NCBI GenBank assembly: GCA_016213435.1
Contig: JACRAL010000004.1
Location: 1,286-65,285 of the forward strand
Direction of reading: 5' to 3'
DNA: 64,000 nucleotides
DNA from: Bacteroidota bacterium
GTDB taxonomy: Bacteria; Bacteroidota; Bacteroidia; Palsa-948
The notes under the pieces were generated by a model, which was given only the letters and a program-made list of their open reading frames with translations, had not been told where the DNA came from and made no database searches. Positions 38,054 to 48,414 of the stretch are shown here, piece after piece (position 1 is the first letter of the stretch; the number at the start of each line of letters is the position of its first letter). The position numbers were made by a program, and so were the translations under genes.

Positions 38054-39997
38054 ATGGTATCAATAAACGAAATATCAGTTCACTTTGGCGGTCGCACACT
38101 GTTTGAGGAAATATCTTTCCTGATAAACAAGCAGGATCGCATTGGTCTTGCCGGAAGAAATGGTGCAGGAAAATCTACCTTACTGAAAATTATAGCAGGA
38201 GAGCAAACTCCTGATAGCGGTGAAGTAACTAAGCCAAACACCTGCACCATCGGCTATCTGCCTCAGGATATGACGCATCAACCGGGCAAAACGGTTTTTG
38301 ATGAAACGGCTTCAGCATTTACAGAAGTGCAGGCACTGGAGAAAAAGATCGCACAGGTGAACGAGCAGATCGCCACTCGCACTGACTATGAGTCGGATGA
38401 GTACATGCAGCTGATTCACGACATGCACGATTATGGCGAGCGCATGAATCACCTCGGAGGTTATTCTCTCCACGCAGATATTGAATCTACTTTATTAGGA
38501 CTTGGTTTTGAACGCAGCGATTTCACCCGTAACACCGAAGATTTCAGCGGTGGATGGCGCATGCGCATTGAACTTGCAAAACTTCTTTTACGAAAACCTG
38601 ATCTGCTTTTACTCGATGAGCCAACGAATCACCTCGATATTGAATCCATTCAGTGGCTGGAAGATTTTTTGAAAAATTATTTTGGAGCGGTGTTAATGGT
38701 TTCACACGATAAAGCGTTTCTGGATAATATCACTACGCGCACCATTGAAATTACAATGGGAAGAATTTACGATTACAAATCAAATTATTCCAAATATCTG
38801 CTGCTGAGAAAAGAAAGAAAAGAATCTCAGATAGCAGCCGCAAAAAATCAGCAAAAGTATATTGACAAAACAAAAGTGCTCATCAATAAGTTTCGCGCGA
38901 AGAAGGACAAAGCGGCCTTTGCTCAGTCACTGATAAAAAAATTAGATAAACTGGAAGTGGTGGAAGTAGATGAAGAAGATACCAGCAGTTTGAAATTTAA
39001 ATTTCCTCCGGCTCCGCGCTCCAGCCGGTTGGTGGTGATAGCAGAAGATGCAAAAAAACAATATGGAGATAATCTGATCTTCTCTCATGTGAATTTCAGA
39101 ATTGACCGGGGCGATCGTGTTGCGTTTGTAGGAAGGAACGGAGAGGGAAAATCCACGATGAGTAGAATAATTGTCGGAGAAGAAAAATGTGAAGGTGTGC
39201 TCAGAGTGGGCGAATCAGTGGATGTTGGCTACTACGCACAGAACCAGGCAGAGATATTAAATGGGAAACTAACTGTTCTTGAAACGATTGACGAAGTGGC
39301 AAAAGGCGACAGCCGGAAAAATGTGCGCGCCATCCTCGGTTCTTTTCTTTTCAGCGGAGATGATGTTTTTAAACAAGTACAAGTATTGAGCGGTGGAGAA
39401 AAAGGACGATTGGCAATGTGTAAGTTGTTGCTTCAGCCACACAGCTTGCTCGTCCTCGATGAACCTACGAACCACCTTGACATGCGCTCGAAAGACGTGT
39501 TGAAAACTGCGTTGCAGCAATATGACGGAACACTTATTCTTGTTTCGCATGATAGGGATTTCCTGCAAGGGTTGACCAACCGCGTTTTTGAATTCAGACA
39601 TGGAAATGTGAAACAACATGCGGGAGATATAAATGAATATCTAAGGGACCGCAAAGTAGGATCGTTCAGGCAAATTGAAACGGAAGTACCAAGCCTCAAG
39701 TCACAAGTCACAAGCGAGCAGCCAGCAACCAGTAGCCAGGAGCAAGTGGCCAGAGAAGAAAATAAACAGAAAGAAAAAGACCTCAAGCACTTCCAACACC
39801 AAATTGCGAGAACTGAAAAACAGATTGAGAAATTCGAGTCAGAGATAAAAGCAATTGACGAAAAACTATCCAACCCCGAACTATACCAACAAACGGTCAG
39901 CGACAAAGATTTTTTCTCCAACTATGAAAAGCTAAAAAAGCAACTGGAAGAAGAAATGAAAAAGTGGGAAGAACTTCAGAGTAAATTGCCTGTTTAA
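38054..39997 (+). CDS. ABC-F family ATP-binding protein
   Basis: Two ABC domains (GRNGAGKST/FSGGW/LDEPTNHLD and GRNGEGKST/LSGGE/LDEPTNHLD), no TM segments, C-terminal coiled coil. ATG at 38054 preferred. Confidence 0.94.
   Translation: MVSINEISVHFGGRTLFEEISFLINKQDRIGLAGRNGAGKSTLLKIIAGEQTPDSGEVTKPNTCTIGYLPQDMTHQPGKTVFDETASAFTEVQALEKKIAQVNEQIATRTDYESDEYMQLIHDMHDYGERMNHLGGYSLHADIESTLLGLGFERSDFTRNTEDFSGGWRMRIELAKLLLRKPDLLLLDEPTNHLDIESIQWLEDFLKNYFGAVLMVSHDKAFLDNITTRTIEITMGRIYDYKSNYSKYLLLRKERKESQIAAAKNQQKYIDKTKVLINKFRAKKDKAAFAQSLIKKLDKLEVVEVDEEDTSSLKFKFPPAPRSSRLVVIAEDAKKQYGDNLIFSHVNFRIDRGDRVAFVGRNGEGKSTMSRIIVGEEKCEGVLRVGESVDVGYYAQNQAEILNGKLTVLETIDEVAKGDSRKNVRAILGSFLFSGDDVFKQVQVLSGGEKGRLAMCKLLLQPHSLLVLDEPTNHLDMRSKDVLKTALQQYDGTLILVSHDRDFLQGLTNRVFEFRHGNVKQHAGDINEYLRDRKVGSFRQIETEVPSLKSQVTSEQPATSSQEQVAREENKQKEKDLKHFQHQIARTEKQIEKFESEIKAIDEKLSNPELYQQTVSDKDFFSNYEKLKKQLEEEMKKWEELQSKLPV
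39684..39753 (+). repeat. Heptamer tandem arrays, in frame in the ABC-F linker
   Basis: AAGTACC AAGCCTC AAGTCAC AAGTCAC AAGCGAG CAGCCAG CAACCAG TAGCCAG GAGCAAG TGGCCAG. Confidence 0.7.
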
Positions 39998-41163
39998 ACT
40001 AATTTCTGGTACGACTGCCACCAACGGTCCGGAATCTCTTCGCGTGTTGCCGCTTCGTAATCTTTGTATGAGCAGGGGACAAGGCAGTGCCGTTCGAACT
40101 TTAATTTTTTCTGTGCAGGATAGGGAACCTCCATCCACCAGCGGTCGGAGCGTTTCGATTTATAAAACACAATTTCATTTTTGTGATCTTTGATGGAAAC
40201 GCGGTATTTCAAATAGTCCGATTTTTTTCTAAATGGAAAATCCTGAAAGCGCTTGTAATAGCCTTCTATGAAATACCAAATCATTTGCGCCACAAGATGC
40301 GCAGTTTGTCCGCGCTTGTCTTTTTTTGGATTTATCTCAAAAAATCCGATGGCAGCAAGCTTGTCGCTGAGACCGGCATAGCGTGTGATCTGGCAAGCTT
40401 CTTCCCCATAAAATCCATTTGGTGAAGCATTTCCGTTTCCGGGTGCATCGCTCATGCGTATGGAGGAAATATCAAAGGAGAGAAGGTCGGCACTGCGCAC
40501 AATGGGTTCCACTTCTTCCATTTCGCTGCGCACGTTTCCTAAACGGTACGCATCAAAATAAAGTTTATGAAAAAGGTCAATTTCTTTTTGAGGGACAAAA
40601 TAGGTCTGATAACCGATATTGCTGTAATTGAAAAGTATGTTCGGCTGGTGAAGAATTATTTTCCCGAGATAGGCGGAAGAATTAAATTCAGAATCCGGAC
40701 CGCCAATATCAAATTTTGCGTCCACATCCACCAGATTGATGGTTGGTTCAATTTTATCAAATGCTTTGTACATCGGAAAAGTGAGGTCCTGTCCTCCTCC
40801 AATCACGATGGGAATAATTTTATTTTTTATCAGCTCGTGACAAACGGAGGTGAGCGCAAAACAAGAATCCTTTACTGTATGTCCTTGCCTGATATTGCCT
40901 AGGTCAGCAATTTTTGGTTTATAACTTCCTTTGAAAAGATTGTACAAATACGGACGAACTGCATCTGCTGCTCCACCGCATCCTTCATTGTTTACTGCGC
41001 GCCTTTCTTCTTCCACTCCGATTATAGCAAGATGAACTCCTTTCAATTCCGGAAATGGTTTTCCAAGAACAAACTTCCGGATAGAGGTGCCCAGTGTGTT
41101 TTCAGGATACTCGTTGGTTCCATCTATATCAATAGGAACAAAAAATTGTGCGATGTCTTCCAC
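39994..41163 (-). CDS. Arginase/formimidoylglutamase family protein
   Basis: ADLGNI, GGGQDL, D.DAKFD, SFDI..I and SPNGF.GEE motifs; Bacteroidota C-terminal SDRWW..PC extension. Confidence 0.85.
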   Translation of the reverse strand: MEDIAQFFVPIDIDGTNEYPENTLGTSIRKFVLGKPFPELKGVHLAIIGVEEERRAVNNEGCGGAADAVRPYLYNLFKGSYKPKIADLGNIRQGHTVKDSCFALTSVCHELIKNKIIPIVIGGGQDLTFPMYKAFDKIEPTINLVDVDAKFDIGGPDSEFNSSAYLGKIILHQPNILFNYSNIGYQTYFVPQKEIDLFHKLYFDAYRLGNVRSEMEEVEPIVRSADLLSFDISSIRMSDAPGNGNASPNGFYGEEACQITRYAGLSDKLAAIGFFEINPKKDKRGQTAHLVAQMIWYFIEGYYKRFQDFPFRKKSDYLKYRVSIKDHKNEIVFYKSKRSDRWWMEVPYPAQKKLKFERHCLVPCSYKDYEAATREEIPDRWWQSYQKLV

Positions 41164-41370
41164 AGGAAAAGTTTAAAGTTTGAAATCTAAAATTGAATAC
41201 AAAAATAAGTTGCTCTTAGTTTCAAAAGAAGCGAAGCAATCACAGTTATCAACAGAGTTTTGAAAAGTCGATCCCCTCAGAAAAAACCCATTTCAGAAAA
41301 TCAATTGTAAATCACTATTTTATTGTTAAATATATTCTATTATTGCCATAATGTAATTTATTCGTCAGAC

Positions 41371-41649
41371 ATGGGGAAAAAGTTAAACTGCTGGGAGTTC
41401 AAAAAATGGGGTCGCATGCTCAGTGGAAATAAAGTTCGTGAATTGGGATTGTGCCCTGTAATAACGGCTGTAGAATTCAATGGAAAAAACGGTGGCAAGA
41501 ACGGAGGAAGAATTTGCTGGCAGGTTGCAGGAACCTTTTGCGGAGGAATAGTACAAGGAACTTACGCAGAAAAACAAAGCTCCTGTCTGAAGTGTGATTT
41601 TGCCATGAAAGTATTTGATGAAGAAGGGAGAAAACTGAAATTTTTGTAA
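41371..41649 (+). CDS. Small Cys-rich 'two-CW' type protein
   Basis: NCWEFKK.GR..G.CP...NGGR.CW.VAGT.CGG.VQGT...K...C..CDF. ATG at 41371. Confidence 0.75.
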   Translation: MGKKLNCWEFKKWGRMLSGNKVRELGLCPVITAVEFNGKNGGKNGGRICWQVAGTFCGGIVQGTYAEKQSSCLKCDFAMKVFDEEGRKLKFL

Positions 41650-41656
41650 CAAACAA

Positions 41657-44269
41657 TTATTTTTTCTTGCCTGCAAATTTTCTCTTCGCTTTTACAATTT
41701 TCAATTTTGAAGTTTTGAAACTATCTACCGGCTTCTTGTTGCTCAGTGATCGCTTCGGACTTGTGACTTCTGGCTTCTTACTTTTAACTTTTGACTTGCC
41801 TTCTTTCTTTGCCTTTTTAAATCCTGCAATTACTAAGCATTCCTCCAATTCAAGTTCTACCGGCTCTTTTCCTGCAGGAATTCTAAAAAACTTTTTACCT
41901 GCTTGAATGGAAGGTTTTTTCCATCTGTCGTACACCACTTTTACGCGTCTGTCTTCCTGCCAAGATTTAATATGTTTGGCAGCATCTTTTTCCATCTTCA
42001 CTTTTATAAGTGGAATTGCTTCGTTTATAGTAATGAGAAACGGATCGTATTGCTTTGGAAGAGGCGCATTGGTATTTTCGTATTTCAAATAATTGCCAAA
42101 CATTCCTTTTGCAGCAACAATATCTTTTCCTTCATATTGGCCGATTACCCTTGGCAAGCGAGGTCCTTTCATGAATTCTATTATCCGCTCCAAACTTACA
42201 GTGTATGGGTCTTCGGTTTTCGGAAGTGAAGTATAAGCGTTCTTATGTTTTATGTAAGGGCCAAATCTTCCGATGCTGATAATGAGATCATCGCCCTCGT
42301 ATTGTCCAAGATTGCGCGGAAGTTTGAAAAGATCAAGCGCTTCTTCCAGTGTGATGGTATCGATGCGTTGTCCGGGACGGAGCGAAGCATATTTTTGTTT
42401 TTCTTTATCGTCCTGAAGACCAATCTGCGCCATCGGACCAAATCGCCCTACGCGTACCAGCACATCTCTTCCCGTCTTGGAATCCTTTCCTAGAATACGT
42501 TCGCCCGATGCTCTTTCGGAATCTTCAGTGGTGGATTCTACAGTTTTATGAAAAGGAACGTAAAATTCCTTCAGCATGTCTTTCCACGACATTTTTCCTT
42601 CGGCAATTTCATCAAACTCTTTTTCTACATGTGCGGTAAAATTATAATCCATGATCTGGGGAAAATATTTTTCCAGAAAATCATTTACCACAATGCCGAT
42701 GTCTGTAGGATATAACTTCCCTTTTTCTGCTCCGGTAATTTCAGTTTTAACCTCAGATTTTATTTCAGAACCTTTAAGCAGAAGCACGTTGTATTTTCTT
42801 TCTTTTCCTTCTCGAATTTCCTTGTCAACATATAATCGCTTGATGATGGTGGAAATGGTTGGCGCATACGTAGAAGGTCTTCCAATCCCAAGCGACTCCA
42901 GTTTTTTTACTAAGCTTGCTTCGGTGAAACGGGCTGGAGGAAGTGTAAAACGTTGTGTCGCAGAAATTTCCTGCATGTCTATTTCTTGTCCAATTGTTAC
43001 AGCAGGAAGAATTCCTTCTGTATCCTCTTCTTCCTCATCGGTTCCTTCCATATATACTTTCAGAAATCCGTCAAATAAAATAATTTCTCCAAGTGCAAGA
43101 AAGGCATCGTTAGTTTTGTTCTGAGAAATAGTAATAACAGTTTTTTCAAGTTCTGCATCTGCCATTTGCGATGCAACGGTTCTTTTCCAGATGAGTTCGT
43201 ATAATTTTCGTTCGCGGTCATCTTCTGCTTCGATCGTTCGGTTATTTAAAAAGGTAGGACGAATTGCTTCGTGTGCTTCCTGTGCGTTGGCAGATTTTGT
43301 AGTGTACTGTCTTTTCTTCCAGTATCCGTCACCGAACATTCTTTGAATTTCATTTTTTGCAGCATTAAGTGCAAATCCTGAAAGATTTACCGAATCGGTA
43401 CGCATGTAAGTTATCTTTCCCGCTTCGTATAAACTTTGAGCAACACGCATGGTGTTGGTAACGGAAAAACCAAGTTTGCGGCTTGCTTCCTGCTGCAAGG
43501 TTGAAGTTGTGAACGGAGCTGCAGGAGTTCTTCTGGATGGTTTTTTCTCTATATTTTTTATAGAAAAATTTGCGCCATTCAATTTATTCAACAGATCATT
43601 TGCTTCTTGTTCCGATTTTAATTTTGAGGAAAGATCTGCCTTCAGAGTAGTTAACTTTCCCTGAGTATCTTTTACAGTAAAGATTCCGGATACCTTATAA
43701 TAGGATGTGATTTCAAAAGCATTTATCTCTCTTTCTCGCTCCACCAACAATCGGACAGAAACAGACTGAACTCTTCCTGCAGATAAAGAAGGCTTTACTT
43801 TTTTCCAGAGAATAGGAGAAAGTTCATATCCTACAAGGCGATCCAACACCCTGCGTGCCTGTTGGGCATCTACTAAATGCCTGTCAATGCTGCGCGGATT
43901 GGCAAACGCTTCCTGTATAGCCGTTTTTGTAATCTCGTGATAAACAATGCGTCTGATTTTTTTCTCATTCAGATCAAGCGCCTCCAGCAAATGCCAGGCA
44001 ATGGCTTCTCCTTCACGGTCCTCGTCCGTTGCGAGCCATACTATTTCAGAATCTTTTGCAAGTTTCTTCAACTCGCTTACAACTTGTTTTTTTTCCGGAG
44101 ATATAATGTAAACCGGCTCGAAACCTTTTTTAACGTCCACGCCCATTTCTTTCTTGGGAAGATCGCGGATATGACCTATGCTCGATTTTACGATATATTC
44201 ATCGCCCAGGAACTTCCCAATGGTTTTTGCTTTGGCCGGAGACTCAACGATTACGAGATTTTTTGCCAT
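41657..44269 (-). CDS. topA: DNA topoisomerase I
   Basis: VESPAKA, D.DREGE, SAGRVQ, ITYMRTD, QEAHEAIRP and GIGRPSTY motifs; C-terminal GRFGP repeats. Confidence 0.97.
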   Translation of the reverse strand: MAKNLVIVESPAKAKTIGKFLGDEYIVKSSIGHIRDLPKKEMGVDVKKGFEPVYIISPEKKQVVSELKKLAKDSEIVWLATDEDREGEAIAWHLLEALDLNEKKIRRIVYHEITKTAIQEAFANPRSIDRHLVDAQQARRVLDRLVGYELSPILWKKVKPSLSAGRVQSVSVRLLVEREREINAFEITSYYKVSGIFTVKDTQGKLTTLKADLSSKLKSEQEANDLLNKLNGANFSIKNIEKKPSRRTPAAPFTTSTLQQEASRKLGFSVTNTMRVAQSLYEAGKITYMRTDSVNLSGFALNAAKNEIQRMFGDGYWKKRQYTTKSANAQEAHEAIRPTFLNNRTIEAEDDRERKLYELIWKRTVASQMADAELEKTVITISQNKTNDAFLALGEIILFDGFLKVYMEGTDEEEEDTEGILPAVTIGQEIDMQEISATQRFTLPPARFTEASLVKKLESLGIGRPSTYAPTISTIIKRLYVDKEIREGKERKYNVLLLKGSEIKSEVKTEITGAEKGKLYPTDIGIVVNDFLEKYFPQIMDYNFTAHVEKEFDEIAEGKMSWKDMLKEFYVPFHKTVESTTEDSERASGERILGKDSKTGRDVLVRVGRFGPMAQIGLQDDKEKQKYASLRPGQRIDTITLEEALDLFKLPRNLGQYEGDDLIISIGRFGPYIKHKNAYTSLPKTEDPYTVSLERIIEFMKGPRLPRVIGQYEGKDIVAAKGMFGNYLKYENTNAPLPKQYDPFLITINEAIPLIKVKMEKDAAKHIKSWQEDRRVKVVYDRWKKPSIQAGKKFFRIPAGKEPVELELEECLVIAGFKKAKKEGKSKVKSKKPEVTSPKRSLSNKKPVDSFKTSKLKIVKAKRKFAGKKK

Positions 44270-44448
44270 AAATTTTCAAAAATCAAATTACAATAAACAA
44301 TTCCCATTTCAAATTATGAGATGCACAAAAACAAAATTTGGTTGCAAAGGAAAACATTTTTTTTGTACGAAAAATATTTTTAATTTTTTCAGAACCAATT
44401 TCTGCTATGAAAAACGGTAGAAAAAATAATTTTTAAAAGTGTCAGAAA

Positions 44449-45915
44449 TTATTTTCTGATCAGTTTTGCAACACTTTCTACATGCGCTGTATGCGGAAAC
44501 ATATCTACGGGTTGCACTTTTTCCACAAAGTACTGCTCGCTCATCAAAGCGATGTCCCGCGCCTGCGTGGCAGGATTGCAACTCACATAAATTATTTTTT
44601 CAGGAGATATCTCGAGTATTTTTTTCACCACATCTTCGTGCATGCCTGCGCGCGGAGGATCTGTGATAATTACATCCGGCTTGCCGTGTGCAGAAATAAA
44701 CTCGTTATTCAGAACATCCTTAATATCTCCGGCAAAAAATTCTGTGTTGGAAATATTATTTATCTCTGAATTTATTTTTGCATCCTCAATAGCTGCGTTG
44801 ATGTATTCAATACCGATCACTTTTTTAGCTTTCCCTGCTACGAAATTTGCAATAGTGCCCGTTCCCGTGTACAGATCATAAACAACTTCATTTCCCTTCA
44901 ATCCCGCAAAATCACGGGTTACCTTATATAACTCAAGCGCCTGAGCTGAATTGGTCTGAAAAAAAGATTTTGGACTGATGCGAAATTTTAGTTCTTCCAT
45001 TTCTTCATGTATGCAGTCTTCTCCGCTAAACGGTTTTACTTCCTGATCAAAGATGCTGTCGTTCTTTTTCGAATTAATAAGGTATTGCAAAGAAGTTATC
45101 TGTGTAAATTTTCCTGAAAGATGTTTTAGTAATTTTTCTCTTTCAGATTTATCTTCGTAAAAAAACACCATCACCACCATCCATTCACCGGTGGAGGTAC
45201 TACGAATAATCAGGTTGCGGAGAAATCCATTTTGTTTCCGGATGTCAAAAAAAGTCAGATTGTTTTCGATGGCATATTTTCTTACTTCAAGACGAATGCT
45301 GTTGGAAGGCTCTTCCTGCAAATGACATTCTGCAATATCAAGCACCTTGTCAAAAAGCTTTGGAATGTGAAATCCGAGAGCATAAGCAGCGCTGCCCAGA
45401 TTTTCCCCGATGTTGAGCGTTTGAAAATCTTCTTTCGTCAGCCACTTTTTATTTGAAAATGTAAATTCCAGTTTATTGCGGTAGTGAAAAATAGTTTTTG
45501 ATGGAATGATAGGGAGGAACTGGCTCCCCTCTCCTGTGGGAGAGGGGTTGGGGGTGAGGCGACCAATTCTTGTTAATGCATCCACCACATATTTCTGCTT
45601 GAAAAATAATTGTGCATCGTATTTCATGTTCTGCCATTTGCATCCTCCGCAAATTCCAAAATGCCGGCAGACCGGTTCGGTTCTTTTTTCAGAAAGCTTT
45701 TGGTATTGAATTACTTTCCCTTCCCGATAATTTCTTTTCTTTTGTGTGATCTGAATAGTCACCACATCGCCCGGAATTGCAAGATCGATAAAACATACAA
45801 TACTATTTTTCCCAGAAGATGCATCCGCACCCTGGTGAGGAATACGACCAATGCCTTTTCCTTCCGTGCTTATGTCGGTGATCTCAATGTTTTCAAATGT
45901 CTGAATCGCTTTCAT
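44449..45915 (-). CDS. rlmD: 23S rRNA m5U1939 methyltransferase
   Basis: TRAM domain, C.HFG.CGGC, YRNK, SFFQTN, DLYTGTG, DPPRAG, YVSCNP and DMFPHT.HVE motifs. Confidence 0.95.
   Translation of the reverse strand: MKAIQTFENIEITDISTEGKGIGRIPHQGADASSGKNSIVCFIDLAIPGDVVTIQITQKKRNYREGKVIQYQKLSEKRTEPVCRHFGICGGCKWQNMKYDAQLFFKQKYVVDALTRIGRLTPNPSPTGEGSQFLPIIPSKTIFHYRNKLEFTFSNKKWLTKEDFQTLNIGENLGSAAYALGFHIPKLFDKVLDIAECHLQEEPSNSIRLEVRKYAIENNLTFFDIRKQNGFLRNLIIRSTSTGEWMVVMVFFYEDKSEREKLLKHLSGKFTQITSLQYLINSKKNDSIFDQEVKPFSGEDCIHEEMEELKFRISPKSFFQTNSAQALELYKVTRDFAGLKGNEVVYDLYTGTGTIANFVAGKAKKVIGIEYINAAIEDAKINSEINNISNTEFFAGDIKDVLNNEFISAHGKPDVIITDPPRAGMHEDVVKKILEISPEKIIYVSCNPATQARDIALMSEQYFVEKVQPVDMFPHTAHVESVAKLIRK
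45524..45559 (+). repeat. Family-A repeat, in frame (antisense orientation) in rlmD
   Basis: CTCCCCTCTCCTGTGGGAGAGGGGTTGGGGGTGAGG, translated as LTPNPSPTGEGS. Confidence 0.92.
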
Positions 45916-45920
45916 CGCGG

Positions 45921-45928
45921 CAAAGTTA
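45921..45928 (-). promoter_or_regulatory. -7 box upstream of rlmD
   Basis: TAACTTTG on the minus strand, 5 nt before the ATG. Confidence 0.5.
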
Positions 45929-45984
45929 GCAGGATAAATTGCGTACCTTTATATTCTTAATTTCGGAGCCAAATAAAATATAAA

Positions 45985-46485
45985 ATGGAAATGTTAGGTT
46001 TATTAATATTTGGTCCTGTTTTTTTAGGAATTATTCTACTTATTGTTGGGTTTCTTTTTAAGAATAGATGGATAGTAATTCGTTATTTATTATGGATTCC
46101 AGCTCTCTTGTTATTTTGCTTTTCATTTTGGATAAACTATAATCACAATTCCAAATTAAAAAAATATGAAAAAGAACTGACGGGAGTCTTTAAAATAAAT
46201 TTAGAACGCTCAAATCTTAGAGGGTATTCTCCGGAAAAATATAATACCTTAACATTAGTTGTTCGAGATGATAATACCTTTGAGGTCTCTCCTGCTGTTC
46301 CATTTATTAAAGTAGATAAGGGAAATTGGTCATTTAAGGATTTTGAATTATCCTCAGCTGTATTAGAAGGAGATAATGACGAAGAGTACGTTAATGCTAC
46401 TGGAGATTATTGGCAATTTAATTTACCTAGCCCTCGTGGAAATGAGAATCAAGTTGAACGGATTGTATTTAATAGAATGAAATAA
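45985..46485 (+). CDS. Hypothetical AT-rich membrane-anchored protein
   Basis: 166-aa ORF with two N-terminal TM helices; no family recognised. Confidence 0.65.
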   Translation: MEMLGLLIFGPVFLGIILLIVGFLFKNRWIVIRYLLWIPALLLFCFSFWINYNHNSKLKKYEKELTGVFKINLERSNLRGYSPEKYNTLTLVVRDDNTFEVSPAVPFIKVDKGNWSFKDFELSSAVLEGDNDEEYVNATGDYWQFNLPSPRGNENQVERIVFNRMK

Positions 46486-46508
46486 ATTTTATTTAGTTGA
46501 TAAAAATA

Positions 46509-47738
46509 ATGACCGACAAATCAGTTTCTCAAAAGGCAATGGAGTTGGAAAACCGTTATGGCGCTCACAACTACCATCCCATTCCCGTTGTACTCGACAG
46601 AGGCGAAGGAGTTTTTGTCTGGGATGTGGAAGGGAAAAAATATTTTGATTTTCTTTCTGCTTATTCTGCGGTGAATCAGGGGCACTGCCATCCGAAAATA
46701 ATTCAGGCGCTTACGGATCAGGCGAAAAAATTAACGCTTACCTCGCGTGCGTTTTACAATTCTTCGCTTGGCGAATACGAAAAATTTATCACGCAGTATT
46801 TTGGCTATGATAAAGTATTGCCGATGAACACCGGTGCGGAAGGAGTTGAAACCGCTTTGAAACTCTGCCGCAAATGGGCATATGAGAAAAAAGGCATTGC
46901 TGAAAACCAAGCAAAAATAATTGTCTGCGAAGGAAACTTTCACGGAAGAACCATCTCCATCATTTCCGCTTCCACCGATCCCGATTCAAAAAATAATTTT
47001 GGTCCTTATACTCCCGGATTCATTACCATTCCTTATAATGATACGGATGCGCTTGCAAATGCACTCAAGGATAGAAATGTTGCCGGATTTTTAGTGGAGC
47101 CGGTACAAGGCGAACGCGGAGTGATGATCCCTGATGAAGGATACCTGGCAAAATGTTTTGACCTCTGCAAAAAAGCAAATGTGCTTTTTATTGCGGATGA
47201 AATTCAAACAGGGCTTGGAAGAACAGGAAAACGCCTTTGCTGCGATCATGAAAATGTACATCCTGATATTTTAATTTTAGGCAAAGCGCTTTCCGGAGGA
47301 ACAATGCCTGTTGCTGCCATACTTGCCAATGACGAGATCATGCTTTGCATCAAGCCGGGTGAGCATGGGTCAACCTACGGAGGAAATTCTCTTGCCTGCA
47401 AAGTGGCAATGGCTTCGATACATGCTTTGGAAGAAGAAAAAATGTACGACAATTCTTTGCATCTTGGGAAGATTCTTTTGACTGAACTGAGAAAACTTCA
47501 ATCTGAGAAACCGGATGTTGTTGCAAACGTTAGAGGAAAAGGACTTTTTGTCGCCATCATCATCAAGGAAAGAAAAAATAAAACTGCCTGGGAACTTTGC
47601 CTTGCATTGAAAGAAAATGGATTGCTTGCAAAACCAACTCACGGGGATATCATCCGTCTCGCTCCTCCGCTTATCATGACGGAATCTCAACTAATGGAAT
47701 GTGTTTCTATTCTGAGAAAAACTATTTTGGAGTTTTAA
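46509..47738 (+). CDS. rocD: Ornithine--oxo-acid aminotransferase
   Basis: [38 protein letters not shown] and HGSTYGGN motifs. Confidence 0.95.
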   Translation: MTDKSVSQKAMELENRYGAHNYHPIPVVLDRGEGVFVWDVEGKKYFDFLSAYSAVNQGHCHPKIIQALTDQAKKLTLTSRAFYNSSLGEYEKFITQYFGYDKVLPMNTGAEGVETALKLCRKWAYEKKGIAENQAKIIVCEGNFHGRTISIISASTDPDSKNNFGPYTPGFITIPYNDTDALANALKDRNVAGFLVEPVQGERGVMIPDEGYLAKCFDLCKKANVLFIADEIQTGLGRTGKRLCCDHENVHPDILILGKALSGGTMPVAAILANDEIMLCIKPGEHGSTYGGNSLACKVAMASIHALEEEKMYDNSLHLGKILLTELRKLQSEKPDVVANVRGKGLFVAIIIKERKNKTAWELCLALKENGLLAKPTHGDIIRLAPPLIMTESQLMECVSILRKTILEF

Positions 47739-48414
47739 TTTTATCACATACAAACACCCAATTCTCCGTACTTCTGGCAAAAAGCCTTATCCATTCGGTA
47801 TGTCCTATCAGATTATTCATCTGCTTGTATAAGTGCGCACCCTTATCTCTGGTTTTTTCATCCCGGGCAATAAAATTGTAAAATAAAATTCCCTCAGGCG
47901 ATAAAACTTTACTCAGAGCGGATAAAAAATTCTCATCCTGAAATTTTTCAGGAATGATGGGGTCAACAAAAATATCCACGACAACTAAATCAAAAGGAGT
48001 AAGAGATGAGTTCTGAACAAAATCATACGCATCGGTGGAATGAAGCGAAAGTTTTTTGTATTTATCAAGAGAAAAATATTTTTTTGCCAGCTCAATTACC
48101 ATTTCATCTTTTTCTACTCCGGTGATCTCGATATCTTTTCCGTATTCACCTTGCAATATGCTCGCCACACTTCCGCCTCCAAAACCGAGTATCAGCACAT
48201 TTTTTATTTTTCTGTCTTTTATCCTGAATTGGCTGAACGCTTTTTGAAAAACCCTGTGCAGTCCGCCAAAAGAATAATTTACACGAGCAGTATCCAGCAC
48301 ATATTTCCCATTCGTATAAAGAATCTCGAGTTTTCCGCTCACTTCACTTTTCCTTTCTTCAATCGGGTAGGTGACCAAAAAACTGCTGAGAAACCGTATA
48401 ACTGATTTTATCAC
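47722..48414 (-). CDS. SAM-dependent methyltransferase (spermidine-synthase-like)
   Basis: [18 protein letters not shown] and FDLVVVD motifs. Confidence 0.8.
   Translation of the reverse strand: MIKSVIRFLSSFLVTYPIEERKSEVSGKLEILYTNGKYVLDTARVNYSFGGLHRVFQKAFSQFRIKDRKIKNVLILGFGGGSVASILQGEYGKDIEITGVEKDEMVIELAKKYFSLDKYKKLSLHSTDAYDFVQNSSLTPFDLVVVDIFVDPIIPEKFQDENFLSALSKVLSPEGILFYNFIARDEKTRDKGAHLYKQMNNLIGHTEWIRLFARSTENWVFVCDKIKTPK

Noticed and set aside
41228-41241. GAAGCGAAGCAATC similar to a family-B arm end
   Set aside because: The match is too short, with no GTCATTGC end or partner arm.
47993-48012. Possible eroded family-A half copy in the methyltransferase (also about 7139-7160 in the sensor)
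   Set aside because: Too degenerate to distinguish from chance without an alignment.
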